This document shows, piece after piece, positions 38,132 through 45,662 of a stretch of 52,288 bases of DNA; positions within the stretch are counted from its first letter, which is position 1, and each line of letters opens with the position of its first letter. The position numbers and the translations under genes are program-made. The DNA comes from Escherichia phage vB_EcoM_Bp10. The stretch lies in sequence record MN122072; one strand, written 5' to 3'. Below the pieces are notes generated by a model. The model saw nothing but the letters and a program-made list of their open reading frames with translations, was not told where the DNA came from and did not search any database.

Positions 38132-39037
38132 ATGGACAATAAGATTATCGAAATACCTGCAAATTTGGTCAAAACTGGCGACATTGTATTTCATGATGGC
38201 AGAGGGTATCCGATTGTACACATCAACAGACTTAGTGATGTAGTTCAGCTACAACACTCTGGCGGATTCTTTAATTTTGAGTTGGGCCGTATAGTCAGAG
38301 TATTGGAAAAACGTCCCACTACAGAATCTTTTACAAAGCCTACCACAACCCGTGCAGTATTGGCGCATGAAGTACGACCTGGAAACATCTTATCTTACGG
38401 AATCAGATTCTTTGAGATAAAGGAAGTTAAAGACCTTGGGGAAATACCTGAAAATGTGGTTCGATTAACCCATGTAACAGGATACTTTGACTTTTCACCC
38501 AACCGCATAGTCCACATTGTTAATACGCCACCAGCACAGGAAACTCCTACGGTGAAGTTCGATACTCAAATAAAGCCAGTGTTCCTTCCATATGAGGAAG
38601 CGGTGAAACCATTCTCAGATGAAGAGGATGTTCTTGGAAAAGATTTGGAAGTTGGTGATATTATTTGGGTCAATAATACTTGGGCCACTATAACAAATAT
38701 GTATAAACATCCAAATTCACCATTTAATAAAGTGAATGTGGACTATGATGGCGTTAAAGGTTTACAAGTGCGCCTCACATTAACTGGAACATTTTCAAGA
38801 AAGGTAAGGGCAGTTATGGAAACATTATATATTCAAAATGCAATCGAAGCACAACGTATTCTTCTACAAAAGCTTGAGCAAATGCTGGAATTAGCGCAGC
38901 TCCTACCAACAAAAGATGGCAAGATTGCAATCAGCAACTGCAACATTCGCGTGGACAAGGCATCAATCACTAAAGCCGCACGCGATGAAATGAAAGTTGC
39001 TGCAAGCAAATCCGCAGAACTTATCAAGAAGCTGTAA
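38132..39037 (+). CDS. hypothetical protein with three internal repeats of about 60 aa
   Basis: Repeats align on GDI(V/I)...Y(P/G)I..I...V.L.H..G.F.F...RIV. Start at ATG 38132; ORF track starts at 38108. Confidence 0.45.
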   Translation: MDNKIIEIPANLVKTGDIVFHDGRGYPIVHINRLSDVVQLQHSGGFFNFELGRIVRVLEKRPTTESFTKPTTTRAVLAHEVRPGNILSYGIRFFEIKEVKDLGEIPENVVRLTHVTGYFDFSPNRIVHIVNTPPAQETPTVKFDTQIKPVFLPYEEAVKPFSDEEDVLGKDLEVGDIIWVNNTWATITNMYKHPNSPFNKVNVDYDGVKGLQVRLTLTGTFSRKVRAVMETLYIQNAIEAQRILLQKLEQMLELAQLLPTKDGKIAISNCNIRVDKASITKAARDEMKVAASKSAELIKKL

Positions 39038-39044
39038 TTAACAG

Positions 39045-39069
39045 AGGTCATTCCACTTCGAGTGGCCTC
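39045..39069 (+). terminator. terminator-like hairpin (GAGG..CCACT-TCG-AGTGG..CCTC)
   Basis: Nested inverted repeat right after the stop, AT-rich downstream. Confidence 0.35.
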
Positions 39070-39092
39070 GATTAATTATTACTGGAGTATTT

Positions 39093-39443
39093 ATGAAAAC
39101 TTTATATATTGCACTGACAATACTGTTCGGAGTATTCGCATTTAAATCGGAAGCGTCTGTTCGCAACTTCCAGTGCGGCGGATACAAAATGTCCGTTGAA
39201 ACAATTACAATGAGCCAGCCACTCATTGCAACAATTTCTTTGCACGAAGGTACTTGGATTGAGATTCCAGACAATGGGAATCCTAACCCAATGTCCACAG
39301 TGTTTTATAACACACAGAGCAGCAAGCTGGCTTTAGTTGGTGTTGACGCTGAGGAACGTTTAGTGCTACAGATTTATCGTGACATTGACTTCTTTCATGC
39401 CAAATTTCCACTTTTATCAACATATTGTAAGGAAGTTAAATGA
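39093..39443 (+). CDS. secreted / periplasmic protein with signal peptide
   Basis: MKTLYIALTILFGVFAFKSEA is a typical Sec signal with an AxA-like cleavage site. Confidence 0.5.
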   Translation: MKTLYIALTILFGVFAFKSEASVRNFQCGGYKMSVETITMSQPLIATISLHEGTWIEIPDNGNPNPMSTVFYNTQSSKLALVGVDAEERLVLQIYRDIDFFHAKFPLLSTYCKEVK

Positions 39444-39673
39444 CGTCATCCGAATTTACCATTGATGGAGTACCGTACTTACTTGAATCCAGTTGCGAAT
39501 ATCGTCACTGGTCAGTAATTCGTGACCGAGTAGTTAAATTCTTGGAACGAGTAGGGAAAGATGCAGCTATTCTGACTACAGCCACAGTAGAAGGAACAAC
39601 CGAAATCAATCGAGAGCTTGTATCTTTTAAATTAACCATCAACCCAACAGGAAATCCATTCCGTGAAAGTTGA
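39440..39673 (+). CDS. hypothetical protein
   Basis: Overlapping start with the upstream ORF. Confidence 0.4.
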   Translation: MTSSEFTIDGVPYLLESSCEYRHWSVIRDRVVKFLERVGKDAAILTTATVEGTTEINRELVSFKLTINPTGNPFRES

Positions 39674-39932
39674 AGAACTGGCTGACCATCTTGAGGCAGC
39701 AAAACAAGAGCTTGCAACTCACTCAGAACGTGTAAAAACACTGAAAGAGCAAGGCTCAACGTCCGAAGAAATCCAGCTGTTCACAGACAATATCTGGTTT
39801 TCAATGAATCGTGCACAGTTTATCCAGATTCAGGAAGACCGCCTTGCTGAACTGGAAAAGCGTGTTGAAACACTCGAGAATTTACTTGCAACACTGCAAG
39901 AAACTTTGGACCAGGAGTTGAAAAATGTCTAA
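39663..39932 (+). CDS. hypothetical coiled-coil protein
   Basis: Heptad-like charged sequence throughout. Confidence 0.4.
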   Translation: MKVEELADHLEAAKQELATHSERVKTLKEQGSTSEEIQLFTDNIWFSMNRAQFIQIQEDRLAELEKRVETLENLLATLQETLDQELKNV

Positions 39933-40323
39933 CGTCAAACTGGGCCAACGTTCACTTGACCGACTCAAAGGTGTAAATCCTTCATTAGTAGCAGTTTTCA
40001 AGCGTGCATGTGAAACAATGCCGTTTGATATAACTGTTCTTGAAGGATTGCGCACTTATGAGCGTCAACAAGAGCTTTTAAAGCAAGGTGCAACCAAAGT
40101 TTCAGTTAGCCGACACATGTCAGGCAACGCTTTGGACATTGCGCCGTATCCAATTGACTGGAATGACCTCGAACGATTCCAAACTGTAGCTGAGCACATG
40201 TTCAAAGCCGCAGAAGAGATTGGAATTACTATTCGTTGGGGCGGGACATGGGAACGAACCTTCACTAAGCCAGTGAAATGGGCTAAGTTCCTTGATGCAC
40301 CACACTTCGAACTTCCGGCATAA
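39925..40323 (+). CDS. peptidase M15 family (L-alanyl-D-glutamate peptidase-like) lysin
   Basis: SRHMSGNALDI (His-x6-Asp) and DAPHFEL (second His) fit the zinc-binding motifs of the M15/VanY family. Confidence 0.7.
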   Translation: MSNVKLGQRSLDRLKGVNPSLVAVFKRACETMPFDITVLEGLRTYERQQELLKQGATKVSVSRHMSGNALDIAPYPIDWNDLERFQTVAEHMFKAAEEIGITIRWGGTWERTFTKPVKWAKFLDAPHFELPA

Positions 40324-40331
40324 CTTCATCA

Positions 40332-40622
40332 ATGGAGAATCCGATGAATTACGAAGATATTCCAAGAGAGTTAAATGCACTGGAGTCAAGAACCATCCGT
40401 GCAGAGAATATTCTCCACCAGCACCTATCAATTAACGTGGGTGATGAAAAGAAGATGCAGTACACTATGGAACTTGACGATGTAGTCTACACTGTCAGTT
40501 ACAACGAGAAGGCTGCTATCCTCAGTGCACTTATTAAAGGTGGGAATGAGCGAATCAATCAACTTAAGATTCTGGACACAGAATTGAGAGGTACTTGGGA
40601 GAAACTAAATGCAAAACACTAA
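40332..40622 (+). CDS. hypothetical protein
   Basis: ORF with AGGAGA-like RBS context (ATGGAGAATCCGATG). Confidence 0.4.
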   Translation: MENPMNYEDIPRELNALESRTIRAENILHQHLSINVGDEKKMQYTMELDDVVYTVSYNEKAAILSALIKGGNERINQLKILDTELRGTWEKLNAKH

Positions 40623-41157
40623 CATTATTCAAGCAGTAGAACAGCTTAAGTCCTGGCGTAGAGATGAAAATTTATTGGTTCGTTTCTACACAGGCGAAAC
40701 TAATTCTGAATTTGTAGATGCGTGGATTGATGGCCTGTCTTGGCGTCATTATGATTTCAACATGCGGGATTATTTGCATGAAGAATACGGCATTGAATAT
40801 CCAGAAGACGGTACATACGACATTCTGGAATCAAGCGAAGAAGACGTTACCGAAGTTTGCTTTGCCAATGGACTATTCAGCATTCGTAAATATGATAAGT
40901 TCAATGAGCTGCTCGTTGACACCGATTTGGATGTAATTCTTGCAGCATTCCGCAGTGGTGAGATTGATATTTTCACTGTAGACGATTTGAATGACAAGGT
41001 TATTGCTCTGTGTGATTCAATTGTGGATTACTTCAAAAACTACGAAGGAATAGAAGTTCCAGACCACCTTCGTCCATATATTGATTGGGATGCAATCGCC
41101 AGAGATTATGGAAGTGACTACATTTTCTCTGAGGGAATACTGTTCTTAAATGCGTGA
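40609..41157 (+). CDS. strongly acidic protein (about 40 Asp/Glu in 182 aa), DNA-mimic-like
   Basis: Hand count gives about 40 D/E against about 13 K/R; stretches like EEYGIEYPEDGTYDILESSEEDVTEV. Confidence 0.45.
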   Translation: MQNTNIIQAVEQLKSWRRDENLLVRFYTGETNSEFVDAWIDGLSWRHYDFNMRDYLHEEYGIEYPEDGTYDILESSEEDVTEVCFANGLFSIRKYDKFNELLVDTDLDVILAAFRSGEIDIFTVDDLNDKVIALCDSIVDYFKNYEGIEVPDHLRPYIDWDAIARDYGSDYIFSEGILFLNA

Positions 41158-41392
41158 TTTAAATATTGCTGAACTTGAGGCTGGATTGATTGTTCACCAC
41201 CAGCCTCGAAACACTTTCTATCGTATTCTTGGGCCTACAAAGATTAAAACTCACTGCGGAAGTTGGGTGGATGGGTTTGCTTACCAAGAAGTGAAGAAGT
41301 ACGGGGACCATACTTTCTTGAGTATTGATTCTTCTACTATCTACACACGACCGAAAGAGCTGTTTGATTCAGACTGGAAGGTTCTGGGATAG
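41150..41392 (+). CDS. hypothetical protein
   Basis: 80-aa ORF, last gene before the 0.86-kb ORF-free region. Confidence 0.4.
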   Translation: MRDLNIAELEAGLIVHHQPRNTFYRILGPTKIKTHCGSWVDGFAYQEVKKYGDHTFLSIDSSTIYTRPKELFDSDWKVLG

Positions 41393-41455
41393 TTCCAAGC
41401 TGTTCCGTCGAAGTGCCAAGCGGGTTTTGTGCTCGCATTGGCCTTCGGCTTTAGT

Positions 41456-41480
41456 CTGAAACATTAGTGGGATTTGATTC
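41456..41480 (+). promoter_or_regulatory. copy of conserved motif, candidate phage promoter
   Basis: tctgaaACATTAGTgGGATtTGatt. Confidence 0.4.
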
Positions 41481-41595
41481 GGACCACTTAGGGAAGAAAG
41501 GCATTATACACTTATCGCCAAATGGGTGTCAAGCACTTTCTTCATTTATTTTAATTTATTCTTATTATTCTTTTTGTTTGGAATATTGGAATAAT

Positions 41596-41620
41596 TCTGA
41601 AACATTAGTTGGAATTGAAG
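41596..41620 (+). promoter_or_regulatory. copy of conserved motif, candidate phage promoter
   Basis: tctgaaACATTAGTTGGAaTTGaag; 20 bp upstream of a tRNA-like minihelix. Confidence 0.4.
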
Positions 41621-41639
41621 AGACAACATCAGATAAGAG

Positions 41640-41704
41640 CTTTGTAACTAGGTAGTCCGTCTGGTACCAGGGCGTGTGAGAACGTTCGATTCGTTCTACA
41701 AAGT
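41640..41704 (+). ncRNA. tRNA-like element (perfect 7-bp acceptor stem plus T-arm, shortened body)
   Basis: CTTTGTA (41640-46) pairs with TACAAAG (41697-703); adjacent T-arm GAACG-TTCGATT-CGTTC (41680-96); body about 8 nt too short for canonical D and anticodon arms. Confidence 0.3.
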
Positions 41705-42256
41705 TCTTTTCGATGGAATGTTTCCATCAAATACATTTATCTTTTAACATAGGCCAAAGGGCCGGAATACTTCTTCGCAGAAAGCTGTTCACTTGTTATA
41801 GCGATGTATTGGGATGAATTGGTACTAAATAAGCAAGCTGTTAGGGCTGAATAATTAGAGGGTAGTGCCTCATGCTTATGTTAGTCATTCGAAAATAGGT
41901 TTGTGCCACAAGCTGCTGGTGCTCCGAGGAAGTCGGACAAACAGGGCTTAGAGTGGCATAATCCGCACAAAACCGCGCCACCAGCTATGCCAAAGCAGGT
42001 AGGTTGGGTGAATGTATTGGGAAGGGTTGCAAAGCCTCTGTGACACGCCTGAGCCGCAAGGCGACAACACTCATGTGATTAGCGTATCGCACCCTAACGG
42101 GAGTAACTCTTCACCAATGCAGTTATCCAGAATTGACACAAACGGTAGGCAGTGGCCCGATTTTCGGCCTTCCTGCGCTACTCTGTGGCCTGTTTTACCA
42201 GGCTAAAAGATGAGAAGAGAAGTCACAAACACTGAATCGAAAATTGGAGAGTTCCT

Positions 42257-42577
42257 ATGATTCGCAAGCATTCTGCTAAAGTTTTGACGTTAAGAAATGT
42301 ACTAATGTTTCTGTCGAGTGAGGAAGGAGAGGAAGAAACAATCCACTTCGTTCTCGTTGGCGGGCGTTGGTACTATAACGGCACTAATTCTTTCCACGTA
42401 AGTCTGTCGGAGAAAGATGGATTCTGGAAGCACACCTTTAAGGAGTTGCTTGAGAGCAGTGCCAGTTATACACTTGCCGAAGTTAAGAAGTATTTCTACT
42501 GCGGCCCAAACAAGTCCATGCAAATCGCAACTCGCAACTGGACAACAAACCAACCGATTTACGGAGTTCCATTTTGA
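42257..42577 (+). CDS. hypothetical protein
   Basis: 106-aa ORF with GGAGA RBS, first gene after the ORF-free region. Confidence 0.45.
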   Translation: MIRKHSAKVLTLRNVLMFLSSEEGEEETIHFVLVGGRWYYNGTNSFHVSLSEKDGFWKHTFKELLESSASYTLAEVKKYFYCGPNKSMQIATRNWTTNQPIYGVPF

Positions 42578-42864
42578 ACTTACAAGACAAATCTAAAGAA
42601 GAGTTGATTGAGATTATCCAGAAAGAGCACGAACTCGCTGGTATCACAATTAACTTTGAACTCCAGGCAATGCAAGCTGTTGCTTTGGGCCATGGTCTAA
42701 TGGCTACACTCATTCATGCCAAGAATGTGTTAGGCGTTGACAACGAAAAATACCAAATTCTGGAGAAAGCTGCGCAAGAGCGGATTTCGCAGTGCTTGGT
42801 GACATTAGTTGATTTGGGAATCGACGCAGAAACTGCGAACAAACGTATCCTACAAGGCCACTAA
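42574..42864 (+). CDS. hypothetical protein
   Basis: Overlapping stop-start with the upstream ORF. Confidence 0.4.
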   Translation: MNLQDKSKEELIEIIQKEHELAGITINFELQAMQAVALGHGLMATLIHAKNVLGVDNEKYQILEKAAQERISQCLVTLVDLGIDAETANKRILQGH

Positions 42865-42865
42865 A

Positions 42866-43540
42866 ATGTCTTATCATGATGATGACAAAGAGATTGCACT
42901 ATCAACGTGTAAGCAATGGCTCAATGATAATGATGCCGTCTATCTTGCCAAGGAAGATGTTATCATTATGTGGGTCCATTTTAATCCAGAATCGAAGCGC
43001 GGTGAGTGGCAACGCTACAAGATGAAAGAGGCTTGTCGCATAATTAAAGCCACACGCGCTGGCTTCTCTGCTATGAAGTATATTAAGCCAGAGATGCTGA
43101 TGCTTGCTGCACAGGAAGAAGAACGTGCATATAAGCAAGCTGTTAAATCTCGTTCAACTGTTCCTCCAGAGTTCTTTAATTTGGAGCGCGCTGGACACTT
43201 CAACAATTTAGAAATGTTGACACTATGCCTGTTGCAAGAATTAGTTGGAAGAGGACAAAACATTGAAGCTGTTTGTCTTGGAGAACTCATGAAAGAGTTG
43301 TTCTCGGCAAAGGGCTTTGCTGTGCCAAATCGAACTTTACGCTGGAAATTGTTGCGAGCAGTCGCGCAAGAAGCTGGTGTAGTTGTTCGTGACAGAACAA
43401 ACCGACTCACTGTAACTGGAGTTGGGCGTTTTGTAGCAATCCAGATTGAGGGTTATGACGAATCAATCATCACTGAACTCACTGTCGCTGAGACAAAGGA
43501 TTTAGTAAATAAAACACTGGAACGATTCAATAGATATTGA
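42866..43540 (+). CDS. hypothetical protein
   Basis: Start at ATG 42866 immediately after the upstream stop; ORF track starts at 42809. Confidence 0.45.
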   Translation: MSYHDDDKEIALSTCKQWLNDNDAVYLAKEDVIIMWVHFNPESKRGEWQRYKMKEACRIIKATRAGFSAMKYIKPEMLMLAAQEEERAYKQAVKSRSTVPPEFFNLERAGHFNNLEMLTLCLLQELVGRGQNIEAVCLGELMKELFSAKGFAVPNRTLRWKLLRAVAQEAGVVVRDRTNRLTVTGVGRFVAIQIEGYDESIITELTVAETKDLVNKTLERFNRY

Positions 43541-43563
43541 GTCGTTTGACGAATCAGAGCAGT

Positions 43564-43588
43564 TCTGAAACATTAGTTGGATGTGGAA
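43564..43588 (+). promoter_or_regulatory. copy of conserved motif (perfect core), candidate phage promoter
   Basis: tctgaaACATTAGTTGGATGTGgaa, 75 bp upstream of a codon-optimised gene. Confidence 0.45.
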
Positions 43589-43663
43589 AGAGAAAGGCTC
43601 TTTAATTTTATCTAAGTCACGTCACCGTGGCGTGCAAAACTATTCAATATAAGGTATATACAA

Positions 43664-44002
43664 ATGGCTAAGATTGTAACCGTAACTCAGTACGAAGCTA
43701 ACGATGGTTCCCTGTTCCTGACCGAAGCAGAGTGTAATGCACATGACTTCAAACTGGAAAACGGTGCTAAAATTGAGAAAGCTGCCGAAGCGTACCTGAA
43801 CACCGTTGGCGCTATCGACCGTTCTCGCTCCATGCAGAAGAACACCATCGAGCAGTTCCTGGCATTCTACCTGCCGTGGGTTGAAGCTGGTGAGCCGGAA
43901 GTTGAGCGTACTAAGTTCGATACTCCGAAAGAAGCTAAAGTTGCTGACGCAAGTGTTGCCGAAGCTGCCGAAGCTGCTGTAGAAGAAGCTCCGGTATTCT
44001 GA
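43664..44002 (+). CDS. acidic, apparently highly expressed 112-aa protein
   Basis: Codon usage like structural genes; about 21 D/E against 11 K/R; Ala/Glu-rich C-terminus; directly behind a perfect motif copy. Confidence 0.5.
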   Translation: MAKIVTVTQYEANDGSLFLTEAECNAHDFKLENGAKIEKAAEAYLNTVGAIDRSRSMQKNTIEQFLAFYLPWVEAGEPEVERTKFDTPKEAKVADASVAEAAEAAVEEAPVF

Positions 44003-44383
44003 GTTGCCGATGGCAAACTTGAGAGACTAAGCTAAATCGATCTGGCATGCACTGGAAGTTTTCCGGTGCTGCCTTGAACCCATTCCAGAGTGAGTGGGCT
44101 TCAATTTGTACATAATCCAAACACCATTGCATGAGCCTTCGACGGGAGGCAATGTTGGGAAATTTGTTGTGTACAAATTGAAGTAGTTTTCTGAGTCTTA
44201 CGACGGGCCTAAACTGCCTGGAGTTATTGCGACTGTTTTATTCATTTAAAATAAATGCAAATGATTCTGAAATGCGAGTTGCGGCTTAATTAAATTTAAG
44301 TCCTCTCCGTGGTCTTCCAATCCCACGTAACCAAATTTGGCGCATTGTGGCTTCGAGATGTGATTAATAAATCGGAGCAATAA

Positions 44384-44580
44384 TTAATTTGTATTCTGCG
44401 ATGCAACGCAGGCTTAAGTCCCTCAGTGCGCGTGGGGATGTGACAGAGTACAAACTTAATTACTAATTTGTATTCTGGTGTTGTTCGCCAAGATTGGTGC
44501 ACTCATGATTGGTAGTGTTGGAGAGCGCGGAGCCTAAAATATTATCTGGCATCTCCTACCAGAGTACAAACTTAATTATG
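44384..44580 (+). repeat. inverted and direct repeats of an 18-bp unit TAATTAATTTGTATTCTG, including a 36-bp imperfect palindrome at 44444-44478
   Basis: taattaatttgtattctg at 44388 and about 44463; reverse-complement form cagagtacaaacttaatta at 44444 and about 44560; related TTTGTTGTGTACAAATTG palindrome near 44160. Confidence 0.45.
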
Positions 44581-45019
44581 CAGTTGGATATTTCTAGAGG
44601 ACGGACGAGCACACTGGAATGTCTTCAATTGGTTTAGTGTGAGAAGCTATGGCAATTTGAAACGTAACTCCTTGGGGAAGTGCTCCTCTGGATTTCCCTC
44701 CACACAGGAATCTCAAGCCTGTGGCAGCGACTTCGAAGCTGCACTGCGTAACCTAAATTCACCCTAAAGTGAGTTGCCCTGAGTATGGAAATAAACTGCT
44801 CATAACCGATGGTATCTACAAAGGTAGATTAAATCAGGTTGCCTGTTGGTACTTGGGTTCAACACCTGCTTGCACTCGCAAAGTAGTGCCTCGTACCTGA
44901 GATGAAGTGAGTCGGGACCATCAATCCCACGTTATGCCAAAACATAGTAGGCGGCTCACAGATTCTACAAGCCTCGCAGTTCGGGAAAACCTGCGTTATC
45001 AAAACCCCCTTTTTTATTT

Positions 45020-45113
45020 GGACGAGTAGCTCAGAAGGTTTGCATTGTGCTCAGTCAGGTAGAGCAATCTGTTCGACAGATGTGTCGTTGGTTCGAATCC
45101 AACCTCGTCCACC
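45020..45113 (+). tRNA. tRNA-like gene, non-canonical (duplicated D-arm 5' segment, 5-nt anticodon loop)
   Basis: GGACGAG (45020-26) pairs with CTCGTCC (45104-10); T-arm GTTGG-TTCGAAT-CCAAC (45087-103); canonical D-arm GCTCAGTCAGGTAGAGC (45049-65) preceded by an extra TAGCTCAGAAGG; anticodon stem ATCTG/CAGAT has a 5-nt loop. Confidence 0.35.
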
Positions 45114-45143
45114 CACTTTAATAATAGCAATACTGGAGTCCTT

Positions 45144-45284
45144 ATGGATTTTGATGCACTTGATAATTTAGACTTCGGTGCTGCCGAAGAAGCAATTGAA
45201 GAACTTAAGAAGAAGCAGGACGAAGAAGCAATCGTTCCTGGTGAGGGCGATAACGACTGCTCAAGTGGTGCGTGCGCCATCTAA
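45144..45284 (+). CDS. 46-aa acidic peptide ending CSSGACAI (not in ORF track)
   Basis: GGAG 5-6 nt upstream of ATG 45144; MDFDALDNLDFGAAEEAIEELKKKQDEEAIVPGEGDNDCSSGACAI; directly upstream of the spanin-like pair. Confidence 0.35.
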   Translation: MDFDALDNLDFGAAEEAIEELKKKQDEEAIVPGEGDNDCSSGACAI

Positions 45285-45292
45285 GGTGATTT

Positions 45293-45529
45293 ATGCAACA
45301 GCTTAAATCAATAGTTCTTGGCGTCCTGACTGCATTTGGTATTCTTATTGCAGTGTTCCTCAAAGGCAAAAGCTCAGGCAAAGCCGAGGAGCGTCAGGAA
45401 GCCAAAGAGAAGCAACTGGATTCATTAAAAGAATCTATCGAGATTAAATCGCATGTTCAGAAAGAAGTGTCTAGCAGTTCTGATAGCAATGTCGATAGTG
45501 AGTTGCTCTCAAAGTGGGTTCGTAAGTGA
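45293..45529 (+). CDS. i-spanin-like protein (N-terminal TM plus charged domain)
   Basis: TM segment IVLGVLTAFGILIAVFL followed by a charged, Ser-rich domain; overlaps a lipoprotein ORF in another frame. Confidence 0.5.
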   Translation: MQQLKSIVLGVLTAFGILIAVFLKGKSSGKAEERQEAKEKQLDSLKESIEIKSHVQKEVSSSSDSNVDSELLSKWVRK

Positions 45530-45662
45530 TTACTGCATGATTGCACAACCAATCTATTTGGATGTTGCAGAAGTGAAAGTTTTATCACGCGAAACCAAAA
45601 CACAGATTCTAGTCCACAATGAAACGTGGGCACAAAAGTGTTCGAAACTTACCCGACAGTGA
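45453..45662 (+). CDS. o-spanin-like outer-membrane lipoprotein
   Basis: Signal peptide with lipobox-like IVSC; two further Cys; start embedded in the 3' end of the i-spanin-like ORF. Confidence 0.5.
   Translation: MFRKKCLAVLIAMSIVSCSQSGFVSDYCMIAQPIYLDVAEVKVLSRETKTQILVHNETWAQKCSKLTRQ

Noticed and set aside
41900-41960. RNase P RNA-like strings (GAGGAAGTCGGAC and ACAGGGCTTAG)
   Set aside because: The two elements resembling P4 strands are adjacent rather than separated by about 250 nt, and other conserved regions are missing.
41467-42206. + strand ORFs 41467-41655 and 42012-42206 as genes
   Set aside because: No RBS, atypical composition, and they run through a promoter-motif copy and hairpin-rich sequence; the region is more consistent with non-coding DNA.
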